This document shows positions 9,642-20,243 of a stretch of 64,000 nucleotides of DNA, piece by piece. Below the pieces are notes generated by a model. It made no database searches. It had not been told where the DNA came from and worked only from the letters and a program-made list of their open reading frames with translations. The number at the start of each line of letters is the position of its first letter. Position 1 is the first letter of the stretch. Source of the DNA: Ignavibacteriota bacterium (GTDB lineage: Bacteria > Bacteroidota > Ignavibacteria > UBA10030); contig OY969585.1 in the NCBI GenBank assembly GCA_963701295.1, positions 1,376,001-1,440,000 on the forward strand, written 5' to 3'. Made by a program: the position numbers and the translations under genes.

Positions 9642-11396
9642 ATGAATAAGACAGCCAAACAAGAGGTAAAGCTGAAGGGAATTCCGGCGTCTCCTGGTAT
9701 TGCTATTGGACCTGTATATCTTTTTCGGAAACATGAACCGACCATCCAGATTCGTACCATTGACGTTAATGAGGTTGGGAAAGAAAATAGCCGTCTTCAA
9801 AACGCTATTGCACGATCTAAAAAAGAACTCACTAAGGTTTTTGATTTTGCCGAACAGAAGTTAGGTGCAGATCAATCTAAGATATTCGAAGCACAGCTTC
9901 TCCTTCTTGAAGATACAGTTCTGTTTGAAGTTGTCTATAAGAGGCTCAAGGAAGAACTAAAGAATGTCGAATTTCTGATTCAAGACGAGATGGAAAAATA
10001 TCATCGCTTGATGACGGCGTCAAATGATCAGTATGCGCGTGAACGCGCTGATGACCTGCTCGATGTGGAAAATCGTATTCTTCGAAATCTTGAGGAACAA
10101 AAACTTGTTTCGAAAATCGACGGCTCTCATATCGTTGTGACGCACAACCTTGCTGCAGCGGACGCACTTATTTTCAGTCGTAACGAAGTTATGGCATATG
10201 TAACAGAAATTGGCGGCGCAACTTCACACATGGCATTGCTTGCGCGTGCATTAAAGATTCCCGCTGTTGTCGGTGTTCACCAAATTTCATTACTCGCACA
10301 TGCCGATGATCCAATCATCGTGGATGGATACGATGGGACAATTGTTCTCCATCCAAGTCCGGAGATGTTAAAACGCTACGAGAAGAAGAAAGAACAGTAC
10401 CATACATTTGAAGAAACGCTTGCCCCTCTTCGCGAACTTCCTGCCGAAACACTCGATGGGCATTGTATTAAACTTGCCGCCAACGTTGAATTGGAAGAAG
10501 AACTTGAGTTCATCAAACTGCAGGGTGCCGACGGGATTGGACTCTATCGTACGGAAAGTTTGCTCCTCGGTGAAGAAGTATTCCCGACTGAAGAAGAGCA
10601 GTATGAAGTGTACCACCGTATCGCGGAATCAGTATATCCAAAAGATGCCATTATACGCACATTCGATATCGGCGGTGACAAGTTCATGGCACAGACAGTG
10701 AAAGAGAATAATCCGTTCCTTGGCTGGCGCGGTGTTCGTGTCATGCTGGATAAGCCACAGATCTTCCTTGATCAGTTGCGCGCTATTCTGCGTGCCAGCA
10801 AGAAAAAGAATATCGCCATCATGCTTCCTATGGTGACTAACTTGAAAGAAGTACAACTCACAAAGCAATTGATTGCACAGGCAAAAGATGACTTACGCAC
10901 ACGGAGAATTGCCTTTGATGATAAAATAAAACTCGGTGTTATGATTGAAGTACCAGCAGCAGCAATTATTGCAGATCACCTTGGACGAGAAGTGAATTTT
11001 CTCAGCATCGGTACAAACGATCTCATTCAATATTTGCTTGCGGTAGATCGCGGCAACGATATTGTTTCGGAACTCTTTCAGGAATTTCATCCTGCTGTCA
11101 TCCGTTTTTTACGCCGCATTATCGAACGTGGGAAACAGAAAAATTCTTGGGTGGGCATGTGTGGACAAATGGCGGGTGATCCTCTGGCGACTATTTTGCT
11201 CGTTGGGCTCGGTCTGGATGAGTTCAGCGTGGTGCCGAATGCAGTGCCAGAAATCAAAAAGATAATTCGCTCGATCCATTATACCGAAGCAATACGCGTT
11301 GCTGAACGCGTGCTGATGATGCAGTCCGAAGACGAGATCAAAACGTACCTTAAGAATTTGATGAAGCGCAAGTTCCCAGATATTCCCATCGAATAA
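9642..11396 (+). CDS. ptsI: PEP-protein phosphotransferase (PTS enzyme I)
   Basis: GIPASPGIAIG, TSH phospho-His, GIGLYRTE, RTFDIGGDK, NPFLGWRG, SIGTNDL, GMCG. Confidence 0.95.
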   Translation: MNKTAKQEVKLKGIPASPGIAIGPVYLFRKHEPTIQIRTIDVNEVGKENSRLQNAIARSKKELTKVFDFAEQKLGADQSKIFEAQLLLLEDTVLFEVVYKRLKEELKNVEFLIQDEMEKYHRLMTASNDQYARERADDLLDVENRILRNLEEQKLVSKIDGSHIVVTHNLAAADALIFSRNEVMAYVTEIGGATSHMALLARALKIPAVVGVHQISLLAHADDPIIVDGYDGTIVLHPSPEMLKRYEKKKEQYHTFEETLAPLRELPAETLDGHCIKLAANVELEEELEFIKLQGADGIGLYRTESLLLGEEVFPTEEEQYEVYHRIAESVYPKDAIIRTFDIGGDKFMAQTVKENNPFLGWRGVRVMLDKPQIFLDQLRAILRASKKKNIAIMLPMVTNLKEVQLTKQLIAQAKDDLRTRRIAFDDKIKLGVMIEVPAAAIIADHLGREVNFLSIGTNDLIQYLLAVDRGNDIVSELFQEFHPAVIRFLRRIIERGKQKNSWVGMCGQMAGDPLATILLVGLGLDEFSVVPNAVPEIKKIIRSIHYTEAIRVAERVLMMQSEDEIKTYLKNLMKRKFPDIPIE

Positions 11397-11517
11397 ACAG
11401 GAGAATGCAGGTTTATGATTTGAGAATAAAGAAAAGATGAGGCAGGTAGAGGAAGCTGATTGTTTTCGATGAACCGTTCAGAGTTTTATACTATCAAGAA
11501 ACATTAAAAGGAGAACA

Positions 11518-12574
11518 ATGATGACGCTCGACGATATTACACGAAGAGATCCCAAGGGGATGTCAATCTGGATTGCTGATTTCCCCAAACAGATTGAACA
11601 ATCTGTTCGCATTGGGAAAGAAGCAAGAATAAAGCTCAATGTAAAAGGTATACAAAACATCGGTACTGACCGGATTGGGCGGTTCAGCTATCGGCGGGGA
11701 TTTACTTCGTTCATATCTTGCTGAAGAACTCAAAGTACCATTTATGGTCAATCGGAATTATATTCTGCCGGAGTTCGTTGGAAAAAATACGCTTGTTATT
11801 GTCTCCAGTTATTCGGGTAACACAGAGGAAACCATCTCTGCACATAAAGATGCAATAAAGAGAAAGGCAAGAGTTCTTTGTATTAGTACAGGAGGAGAGA
11901 CGGCAAAAATGGCGAAAAAATTCAAGCAGCCCTGGATTCAAATTCCACCGGGACTTTCTCCACGTGCAGCTCTAGGATACTCATTCTTCCCATTGCTCGT
12001 TGTGTTTGGCAGGCTAGGTTTGATCAAATTAAAAGACAAAGATATAAAAGAGACAATTCGGCTTCTCAAAACCAAAGCAGCACTCTATAGCAATCCAGAA
12101 TCGCTAGAAAATGCGCCATTAAAATTGGCAGAGCGAATCAAAGGTAAGTTTCCGGTTATCTATTCTCCAACCGAGCACCTCGATACCATTAACATTCGAT
12201 GGCGCGGTCAAATTGCGGAAAATGCTAAGCAGCTATCCTCGGGCCACGTATTACCGGAGATGAATCACAATGAACTTGTCGGTTGGAAAGTGTTAACCGA
12301 CTTGATGAAGCAGATGCATGTCATCTTTCTTAAGGATGCAGGTACCCATAAACGTGTTGCGATTCGCGAGGAAATTACAAAGCACATCGTAGCACAATAT
12401 GCTGGTATAGTGACGGAAATTACAAGTGAAGGAAAATCGCTGCTTGCGCGAATGTTCTCACTTGTCCATTTCGGTGATTGGGTAACTCTCTATCTTGCTG
12501 TCTTGAACAATGAAGATCCGGAGCCGGTCGCTGTTATTGACTTTCTCAAGGGCGAATTAGGAAAAGTGAAGTAA
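11518..12574 (+). CDS. bifunctional phosphoglucose/phosphomannose isomerase, apparent +1 frameshift at ~11662
   Basis: GGSAIGG, SYSGNTEET, PRAA, ENAK, PEMNHNE; removing one G at 11662/11663 gives IQNIVLTGLGGSA and a 351-aa frame. Confidence 0.88.
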
Positions 12575-12647
12575 AACAATCAGTTTTTTAGATATCTATT
12601 AAACGAAAGTATTGATAACGGAACCTTAGCTTCAGACTATTAAAACC

Positions 12648-12676
12648 TTGCATTTAACAACACCGGAAGATATATT
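12648..12676 (+). promoter_or_regulatory. sigma70-type promoter (TTGCAT-N17-TATATT)
   Basis: Same hexamers and spacing as the promoter at 51-79; upstream of the Crp/Fnr gene. Confidence 0.6.
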
Positions 12677-12753
12677 ACCAACGTTCATGCTGTGCGAAAT
12701 TTTAATTTCTAATTAAACAGGCATCTTAATTTACACATCATACACGGACCACA

Positions 12754-13440
12754 ATGCCTCAAGAAGAAATCAATTTTCTCCGTAATGTGCCTATCTTCGC
12801 TGAACTCGAAGAAAAGGATTTACTGAGGGTTGTCAAACTCGGCACAAGTCAAAAATATAAGAAGGGCAACATCGTTGTCCTTGAACAGGAAAGCGGTGCT
12901 GCTCTCTTCGTTATCATCACAGGTAAAGTGAAAGTAGTACGAATGGATGAGGATGGACGGGAGGTCATCCTCTCGATGTTTGGACCCGGCGAATTTTTTG
13001 GCGAGATGTCGTTGCTGGATGGGTTGGCACGATCGGCGAGTGTTGTGGCAACGGTGAAATCCGAATTGTTTATGATTCATCGGCGGGATTTTTTAGAGTT
13101 ATTGAATGAATTCCCAACGGTGACGATTTCACTACTGGCAGAACTTGCTATGCGGTTGCGGAAAGCCGATATGCAGATCAAGAGTTTGTCGCTGAAAGAT
13201 GCCGAAGGAAGGGTTGCCAATGTTATGTTGATACTTGCCGATGATGTCGGTATCTTCCGCAAAGGGAAAGTGGAAATTGATGATTTACCGCTTCAGCAGG
13301 ATATTGCTAATATGGCTGGTACGTCCCGCGAAACGGTTTCCCGCATGATTCATTTATTTATCGAAGGCGGAGAAGTGCAGATGAAAGGGAACAAGCTCAT
13401 CATTAACGATTACGAGGCGTTCCGGAAAAAATATTTGTGA
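12754..13440 (+). CDS. Crp/Fnr family transcriptional regulator
   Basis: cNMP pocket FGEMSLLDGLARSA, HTH IANMAGTSRETVSR. Confidence 0.93.
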   Translation: MPQEEINFLRNVPIFAELEEKDLLRVVKLGTSQKYKKGNIVVLEQESGAALFVIITGKVKVVRMDEDGREVILSMFGPGEFFGEMSLLDGLARSASVVATVKSELFMIHRRDFLELLNEFPTVTISLLAELAMRLRKADMQIKSLSLKDAEGRVANVMLILADDVGIFRKGKVEIDDLPLQQDIANMAGTSRETVSRMIHLFIEGGEVQMKGNKLIINDYEAFRKKYL

Positions 13441-13517
13441 GAAATCCTTTTCGCTTTGCCATGGATAGAATTTGAGGATATGGATGAGTATACGAATAAA
13501 AGTTTGTGCGGATTTTT

Positions 13518-14387
13518 ATGGTTGAAAAAAGGAATGGGCTAACAGAACATTCAGATCGTCCCGACAATTCTCGAGCGGATCTCCATCTTCATACAACATA
13601 CTCCGACGGTGCACGAAGCCCTAAAGAAATTGTTCAACGGGCTCATGCGGCAGGACTTTCTGTTATTTCCATTACTGACCACGACAATGTCGGCGCTCTC
13701 GATGAAGCAATCGAAACAGGAAAAAGCCTCGGTATAGAAATTGTACCAGGTGTGGAGTTGAGTGTTGCGTTGAATGAAAAAGATATTCACTTGCTTGCAT
13801 ACTTCTTTGATCACACAAATCAGAAACTGTTAGATTATCTTTCTTTTTTCCGCTACGAACGATTGAAGCGCGCTGAACGTATAGTCCAAAAACTCAACGA
13901 CATTAATATCCCTTTAAAATTGGATGCAGTGCTTGATCAAGCAGGAATCGGTTCAGTGGGGCGTCCCCATATTGCTAGCGCCTTGATGGAAGAAGGATTG
14001 ACGGATACATATCACGAAGCATTTTTAAGGTACATAGGCGCTGGCGCCCCAGCGTACGAAAAAAAATACCAACTCTCACCGCTTGAAGCAACACAACTTA
14101 TTACACAGGCTGGCGGACTTTCATTCCTCGCACACCCCGGTAAGTATACAACAGATGTGGAATTGTCAACGCTTATTCAAGCCGGTTTGGACGGGATCGA
14201 AGTGGTGCATCCGTCACATAACGAAACACGTCAGGAATTTTATCGTGGCGTTGTTCATCAGTATTTCCTTCTGGAGTGTGGTGGCTCCGACTACCATGGC
14301 GGCAAGAAGAATGACGAGGGTATTTTTGGTGTCTATACTGTATCGCTGGATATTGTCGAAGATATGCGCAATCGTCTTTTTTCTTGA
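13518..14387 (+). CDS. PHP-domain phosphoesterase (TrpH/YciV-like)
   Basis: DLHLHT, TDHD, PGVE, GRPH, LAHP, GSDYHG; alternative GTG start 13506. Confidence 0.88.
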   Translation: MVEKRNGLTEHSDRPDNSRADLHLHTTYSDGARSPKEIVQRAHAAGLSVISITDHDNVGALDEAIETGKSLGIEIVPGVELSVALNEKDIHLLAYFFDHTNQKLLDYLSFFRYERLKRAERIVQKLNDINIPLKLDAVLDQAGIGSVGRPHIASALMEEGLTDTYHEAFLRYIGAGAPAYEKKYQLSPLEATQLITQAGGLSFLAHPGKYTTDVELSTLIQAGLDGIEVVHPSHNETRQEFYRGVVHQYFLLECGGSDYHGGKKNDEGIFGVYTVSLDIVEDMRNRLFS

Positions 14388-14393
14388 GTTGTT

Positions 14394-14879
14394 GTGAATC
14401 CAAAAAATCATACTCCCCGCACATTTCAAGAATCGGCGGCGAAATTTCGATTTGCCATTGTTGTTAGCAAGTTCAATCATCCTATTACCGAAAGACTTTT
14501 AGTGGGCGCTGAACAATGTCTACGTGAGCATCACGTTCCAGAGAAGAACCGGAAGGTAGTATATTGTCCGGGATCATTTGAGTTACCACAAGTGGCAAAT
14601 AGGTTAGCTGCACAGAAGAAGTGGGACGCGATTATTTGTCTTGGCGCAATCATTCGCGGGGAAACTCCGCACTTCGAGTACGTTTCTGCAGAGACAGCAC
14701 GCGGCATTCAGGATGTAGCGCTTCATCATTCTCTACCGGTGATATTCGGTGTGCTGACGACGGACAATGAACAGCAAGCGTTAGATCGCATCGGTGGTTC
14801 ACAAGGGCACAAGGGATGGGATGCGGCACTGACGGCTATCGAAATGGCTGCACTCTTCCGAACATTAAAACGCACATGA
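14394..14879 (+). CDS. ribH: 6,7-dimethyl-8-ribityllumazine synthase
   Basis: VSKFN, PGSFELP, GAIIRGETPHFEYV, PVIFGVLT. Confidence 0.95.
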   Translation: MNPKNHTPRTFQESAAKFRFAIVVSKFNHPITERLLVGAEQCLREHHVPEKNRKVVYCPGSFELPQVANRLAAQKKWDAIICLGAIIRGETPHFEYVSAETARGIQDVALHHSLPVIFGVLTTDNEQQALDRIGGSQGHKGWDAALTAIEMAALFRTLKRT

Positions 14880-14892
14880 CGGTAAGTGCCAT

Positions 14893-17178
14893 ATGAGTCG
14901 TAGAACAACAATCATCTTCTTCCTCCTCATCTTGAGTCTTGATGCGCAGAGCCAGCAACAAATCGGACAATGGAAATCATTTACCGACATGAAATCTGTA
15001 CGCGGTGCAGTGCGTGTGGGCAGCAGTATTTGGGCGGCAACGAGCGGCGGCGTATTTGTATTTGATACGGTATCGGGGCAATACAAGAAGTACAACCACT
15101 CCAACGGTCTCTCTTCTAACGATATACGTTGCATTGCTGTCGAACCCGGAAATCGTATTTGGGTTGGCGGAGCAAATGGATTTATCGACACATATAATCT
15201 ACAAACAGGGGTTTGGACAGCTATCGATGCGAATAGGTCAAACGGTGATTCCCAAATAGGAGTACAAGATTTCTTTCTTAAGGATGATACAATGTTTGTT
15301 GCCACAGTGTTTGGTGTAATACCTTTTAAAATTGACAAATGGGAATTTGGGGATACATATGCCAGCTTTGGTTTTCTATCCGCTCCTGTTGTGAACTGTG
15401 TTCTTACTGATGAAAGCCACATATTTGTCGGTACTGATAGAGGACTCGCGGTTGCACCACTCGCAGCTCTCAATCTCTCTGCACCAGATTCATGGACGAT
15501 CTACTCGACATTTCCCGGACTCTCTTCAAATTCAATTACGTCGATGACAGTATTGAGAGACACGTTAGTGATTGCTACGGATAAGGGGGTAGGATATTAT
15601 GCGAACGGATCATTTGGTGTCGTTGGATCGCTTGGTGGGAAACCGATTAGCGATCTTTCTGTTGATGGCGGAAAACTGTTCATACTCAGGAATGAAGGGT
15701 CGGGTTTTCTCGTTGAGTCGCTCTCGTCTTTTACCGATTCAGCTCAATTTGTTACAGCAAATTCTGCTGTTCAAGGGTCAAGTTTTGTTCCAGCTTCTTC
15801 TCTGTGGATAGGTACCGATTCGAGCGGATTAACGCGACAAACAGTATTAGGGTGGGATTATTACTCTCCCAATGGCCCGGAATCAAATTTATTCAGCAGC
15901 CTCGCAGTTGATGATAATGGTGTGTTGTGGGCGGCATCCGGCTCGAATACTCATGCTGGATTTTATCGATACAATCCATCTCTACCAGAGAATGCCCAGT
16001 GGAAGAATTTTTCTTTTTTTGGTGATGGATCCTACAAGGTTTCACTTGGAGCAAAAGGTTCAGTCTGGGTCAGTTCATGGGGAGATGGCGTTGAAGAAAT
16101 TGTCGGCGATACCATCCGACGCAAGTTGAATTATTATTCCCCTGTGAGACTTCCATCAGCTGTATCTAAAGATTCCGATTATGTCGTTACCAGCGGAGTC
16201 TCAGTGGACAATGACGGTAAACTGTGGATAATTAACCTGAATACGGTGAATGGCAGAAGTCTTCTTAGATTAAACGATGACGGAACTGCGACCTATTTTG
16301 ACAACCAGTATCCGGGGGGCACCTCGGATGGTTGGTTCTCTTCAATGGTTATAGATCGTAATGGAACAAAATGGTTGGCGGGAGATCTTCCTTGGATGCC
16401 CAAAAAAACCACAAACGGATTAAACGGTGTGTATGTCTTTAATGAAAATCCCATGCTTTTTGGAATAGACACCATAGGTGGCTGGGGACATATGGACTCT
16501 ACAGACGGATTGAAAAGCGATATAGTTCTTGCTTTTGTAGTTGATCTTGATGGCGCTGTATGGATTGGTACAAGCTTAGGTGTTACAATTGTACCTGACC
16601 CTCAATCCCCAAAACAATTCAATCAATGCTTTGCCTTATTGAATTTCGCTCCTCCATTTGTCCAAACCATGGCTGTTGATGCATTAAATAACAAATGGAT
16701 CGGTACGAACAATGGTGTTTTTGTTGTCAACTCAGACGGCACACAGATAGTCCCGCCGACGTACACTGTCGCATCAACCAATGGTCAGCTTTTGGCTGAT
16801 GACGTGAGATCGATTGCTATTGACCAGAAACGCGGTATCGTTTACTTTGGAACAGAACAAGGATTATCAAGTCTTACTATTGAACCCGTGCAGACCAACC
16901 AATCATATTCCCGGCTGGAAGTCGGGCCAAATCCATTCATCCTGCCAAGCGATCAACCGTTGACGATTCGTAACCTTGTGGCTGGCAGTACTATTAAAGT
17001 AATGACGGTAAGCGGTTTTCTTGTGACACAATTTGAAGCACAAGGAGGAGGCAGGGCGTTTTGGGATGGACGGGATAAGAATGGTGCATTCGTTTCATCC
17101 GGGATATATTTTATCGTCGCGTTTACAGAAAATGGTTCTCAAACTGTAGTCGGTAAAGTGGCTGTTATCCGTCGTTAG
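14893..17178 (+). CDS. PorZ-like secreted beta-propeller protein with T9SS-type C-terminal domain
   Basis: Signal peptide, IGQWKS start, WIGT/KWIGT propeller repeats, C-terminal PNPF...WDGRDKNG..VSSGIYF...GKVAVIRR. Confidence 0.7.
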   Translation: MSRRTTIIFFLLILSLDAQSQQQIGQWKSFTDMKSVRGAVRVGSSIWAATSGGVFVFDTVSGQYKKYNHSNGLSSNDIRCIAVEPGNRIWVGGANGFIDTYNLQTGVWTAIDANRSNGDSQIGVQDFFLKDDTMFVATVFGVIPFKIDKWEFGDTYASFGFLSAPVVNCVLTDESHIFVGTDRGLAVAPLAALNLSAPDSWTIYSTFPGLSSNSITSMTVLRDTLVIATDKGVGYYANGSFGVVGSLGGKPISDLSVDGGKLFILRNEGSGFLVESLSSFTDSAQFVTANSAVQGSSFVPASSLWIGTDSSGLTRQTVLGWDYYSPNGPESNLFSSLAVDDNGVLWAASGSNTHAGFYRYNPSLPENAQWKNFSFFGDGSYKVSLGAKGSVWVSSWGDGVEEIVGDTIRRKLNYYSPVRLPSAVSKDSDYVVTSGVSVDNDGKLWIINLNTVNGRSLLRLNDDGTATYFDNQYPGGTSDGWFSSMVIDRNGTKWLAGDLPWMPKKTTNGLNGVYVFNENPMLFGIDTIGGWGHMDSTDGLKSDIVLAFVVDLDGAVWIGTSLGVTIVPDPQSPKQFNQCFALLNFAPPFVQTMAVDALNNKWIGTNNGVFVVNSDGTQIVPPTYTVASTNGQLLADDVRSIAIDQKRGIVYFGTEQGLSSLTIEPVQTNQSYSRLEVGPNPFILPSDQPLTIRNLVAGSTIKVMTVSGFLVTQFEAQGGGRAFWDGRDKNGAFVSSGIYFIVAFTENGSQTVVGKVAVIRR

Positions 17179-17268
17179 GATGGACCTAGTGTCTTCCCTA
17201 GCATCTGAACGGAGTTTTCGTTTTTTTTCAATTTTCCCTTTTTGGTTTTTACACCACTAAATGCAATA

Positions 17269-17350
17269 TCATTCCAGCGAAAGCCTGAATCCAGAAACAG
17301 GATGCGGTGTTCCCTCAAAATGCTGGCGGACAAGTCGCTGGCGTAACAGA
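17269..17350. repeat. degenerate REP-like palindromic element between convergent genes
   Basis: TCATTCCAGCGAAAGCCTGAATCCAG resembles GTCATTCCNGCGAAAGCNGGAATCCAG-type REP hairpins; single copy in window. Confidence 0.35.
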
Positions 17351-17398
17351 ATAGATATCGCGATGCTTGATATAAGGAAGTTTATGAATTGTTTGCCT

Positions 17399-18574
17399 TT
17401 ACGCTGGTGAAATCTTCCTTGTTTCCCTGCGCCTAAACAATAATGCGAAATAAACACCAAGGAATAATAATAGTGCTGACACGATGTATGGACCTGTATA
17501 ATAAATTTCATAGAGATAACCAGCAAGAAGCGGTGCGATCACCATATATGCAGACATCAGTGCTGAAAGAATTCCCATCGTCTCGCCTTTCTTCGAAGGA
17601 TCAGCTGCTGCTACAACTTGACTCGTAATCACCACTCGAAGAATAGCTTGACCGGTTCCCAAACCAAGAAAACTAAGATAAAACAATGGCAAGATTTCTG
17701 TCGAAACTAGGAGCGAGGAAAAAGCCAGCACGACAAGCATGAAAATTTCCAATGTTGATTCCGAGAATTTCGCAAGCCAAAATTTTTTCAATAGAAATCC
17801 CTGGTTAAAAACCACAATTACACCGATCATCGTGAACATCATTCCCGTTTGGAATGCAGTGAAACCAAATACGTCCTTGACAAATAAGCCAAAAACAGCC
17901 TGACTTGTCACGATGGCGAATGCAAAGAACGACCAGGTAAAGTAAAGAGGCCGTAACTTTCGATCTTGTGCAGCTCGTAGTAACGGTATGAACGGATTGA
18001 AACTTATTGGTTTCTGATGATCACGCTGGTGATGTGTTTCTGGGAGGAAGAAAAATGCGGAGATCGCATTTGTTGCCGCTAGTGCTCCAGCCATCCAAAA
18101 CGGAAATGCATGTGACACTTTACTCAACACACCGCCGATAAGCGGACCGAGAATAAATCCGATCCCAAATGCTGCTCCGATGAGTCCGATATTTGCCGTC
18201 CGTTCCTTTTCATCTTTGGCAAGATCCACCATATAGCTTTGTGCTGTTGTAAAATTACCTGCAGCTAGTCCATCAATGATGCGTCCAAGGAACAACATCC
18301 AGAGAGAGTGCGCGCTGGCAAATACCAACCAACCAATCGCCGTACTCGTAATGCTCAGAATAAGGATCGGTCGGCGTCCGATGCGGTCGGACCACATACC
18401 TAACAGAGGTGCACTCAAAAAAGAGAAAAAAGAAAATGTTGCAAATAAGAGTGTGATGGTAGTTGGCGAAGCACCGAATTCCGTTACATAGAATGGTAAA
18501 ATTGGGATAACAATGCCAAACCCGATTACATCTACAAGAACCGCCGAGATAACGATGAGCTTTTCTTTTTGCAT
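17399..18574 (-). CDS. MFS transporter, TetA/DHA1-like
   Basis: About 12 hydrophobic segments, motif A GMWSDRIGRRP, LGRIIDG, GAAFGIGFILGP. Confidence 0.9.
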   Translation of the reverse strand: MQKEKLIVISAVLVDVIGFGIVIPILPFYVTEFGASPTTITLLFATFSFFSFLSAPLLGMWSDRIGRRPILILSITSTAIGWLVFASAHSLWMLFLGRIIDGLAAGNFTTAQSYMVDLAKDEKERTANIGLIGAAFGIGFILGPLIGGVLSKVSHAFPFWMAGALAATNAISAFFFLPETHHQRDHQKPISFNPFIPLLRAAQDRKLRPLYFTWSFFAFAIVTSQAVFGLFVKDVFGFTAFQTGMMFTMIGVIVVFNQGFLLKKFWLAKFSESTLEIFMLVVLAFSSLLVSTEILPLFYLSFLGLGTGQAILRVVITSQVVAAADPSKKGETMGILSALMSAYMVIAPLLAGYLYEIYYTGPYIVSALLLFLGVYFALLFRRRETRKISPA

Positions 18575-18675
18575 AGCAATTTCATGATAATGGAAATTTT
18601 AATTAATAGCAGAATATGGATAAATGTCGAGCAGTTCCATGGAAAGACTGTTAAATTCTCTTATTAAACTCAACC

Positions 18676-18704
18676 TTGATTCCTTTCCTCCTACATCGTA
18701 TCTT
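18676..18704 (+). promoter_or_regulatory. sigma70-type promoter (TTGATT-N17-TATCTT)
   Basis: Followed by GAGGTGG RBS and ATG 18721; the ORF-track TTG start falls inside the -35 box. Confidence 0.55.
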
Positions 18705-18720
18705 ACCCGTGAGGTGGATA

Positions 18721-19785
18721 ATGCCAGAAGTTTCACTCAAAGAAATTCTTACGAATCATACGAAAGAAGGGAAACTCTATGCCGAAATGCCAAACGATTG
18801 GGTACGGTGTTTCGCTTGTGGGCATAGATGCAAGATTCCACCGGCAAAAGATGGCATCTGTAAAATTCGATTTAACAAGGATGGAAAACTTTACGTTCCA
18901 TTCGGGTATGTCTCCGGTATCGCACTTGACCCGATAGAAAAGAAACCGTTTTTCCATGTGTATCCCGGATCGACAGCACTGAGCTTCGGCATGCTCGGCT
19001 GCGATTACCACTGCTCATTCTGTCAGAATTGGGTAACATCTCAAGCACTCCGAGACCCACATGCTATTTCTTCTCTTGAAGAAATTGATGCTGAAGAGAT
19101 TATCAAAATTGCTCTTCGCCGGAAAGCACCGATCATCACGAGCACATACAACGAGCCTCTGATAACCTCTGAATGGGCAGTGGAGATATTCAAGCACGCA
19201 AAGAACGCCGGACTCATCACTTCGTATGTCTCCAACGGGAATGCAACACCAGAGGTACTCGACTATATACAACCATGGATTGATCTCTACAAAGTTGACC
19301 TGAAAGGTTTTCGCCAGAAAGCTTACCAACAAATGGGCGGTGTACTTCAGAATGTGCTTGATACTATTAAGTCATTGCACGAACGCGGAAAGTGGATTGA
19401 GGTGGTCACACTTGTTGTTCCAGGAATGAATGATGCAGATGAAGAGTTGACTGATATCGCCAAATTTCTTTTCTCTGTCTCGCCGGATATTCCGTGGCAT
19501 GTGACTGCCTATCATCGGGATTACAAAATAGCGGCGGAAGAAGAAGTCACTCCTATCTCTACTCTGCTTCGTGCTGCAGAAATTGGTTATAAAGAAGGAT
19601 TACATTTTGTTTATACCGGCAATCGGCCGGGGCAGACGCGGAATTATGAGAACACTTTTTGTTACTCATGTAACGAACTTCTTATCGAACGGCAAGGATT
19701 TCGAGTGTTGAGAAACAAACTATCAGACGGAACGTGTTTCAAATGCGGAACAGAAGTCGCAGGAAAATGGGGCAACGCCTCTTGA
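18721..19785 (+). CDS. amrS: AmmeMemoRadiSam system radical SAM enzyme
   Basis: N-terminal CFACGHRC...GIC, DPIEKKP, CxxxCxxC (GCDYHCSFCQNW), TYNEP, C-terminal CYSC/CFKC. Confidence 0.88.
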   Translation: MPEVSLKEILTNHTKEGKLYAEMPNDWVRCFACGHRCKIPPAKDGICKIRFNKDGKLYVPFGYVSGIALDPIEKKPFFHVYPGSTALSFGMLGCDYHCSFCQNWVTSQALRDPHAISSLEEIDAEEIIKIALRRKAPIITSTYNEPLITSEWAVEIFKHAKNAGLITSYVSNGNATPEVLDYIQPWIDLYKVDLKGFRQKAYQQMGGVLQNVLDTIKSLHERGKWIEVVTLVVPGMNDADEELTDIAKFLFSVSPDIPWHVTAYHRDYKIAAEEEVTPISTLLRAAEIGYKEGLHFVYTGNRPGQTRNYENTFCYSCNELLIERQGFRVLRNKLSDGTCFKCGTEVAGKWGNAS

Positions 19786-19838
19786 GAAAAAAATGAACCT
19801 CTTCCTCATCACATCTCTCAATGAGTGAGAGATATTTG

Positions 19839-20174
19839 ATGACTAAATCATTCATCATCTCTGTTTCGTTCCCATGTTCTTCTGAAATAATCTTTGCTGC
19901 TCCCGCGGATTCCCGCCCAATTACCATGTGGAGTAATCAACGAGGACAAGTTGAACTGTTTAACCGCTGGAGAAGGGATTCGTGTTGGCGTATGAGCAGG
20001 ATAAACAGCTTTGCTCATTGGAGAACTCTTAGAATGGGTAAAAGAGGATCAAACATCCATTGTTTCTTATCTTTTAAACAGACAAGAATAGGAACGAAGT
20101 TGATTCTGAAACATTCGGTGTTCTCTCATAAACTTGAACTGCAAGTTTATTACGATGAGACCTTCAATTTGTAA
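19839..20174 (+). pseudogene. possible degenerate SRPBCC/AHSA1-like gene
   Basis: Start SFIISVSFPCSSEIIFAA and end FKQTRIGTKLILKHS resemble SRPBCC termini; the middle looks scrambled. Confidence 0.3.
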
Positions 20175-20197
20175 ACGAGCCGGTGAAAGTGTATCTT
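20169..20197 (+). promoter_or_regulatory. sigma70-type promoter (TTGTAA-N17-TATCTT)
   Basis: 17-bp spacer, upstream of the EEP-like gene. Confidence 0.4.
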
Positions 20198-20243
20198 CTA
20201 TGCAAGGAGACATTATTGATCAGACAATTATTTCAGGCACATC

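Noticed and set aside
14865-15473. 202-aa minus-strand ORF
   Set aside because: Antisense shadow of the PorZ-like gene; most other short ORFs in the track were dismissed for the same reason.
17399-18574. Acquired tetracycline resistance gene
   Set aside because: Generic DHA1-type MFS motifs only; no tetR or mobile context, and the substrate cannot be inferred.
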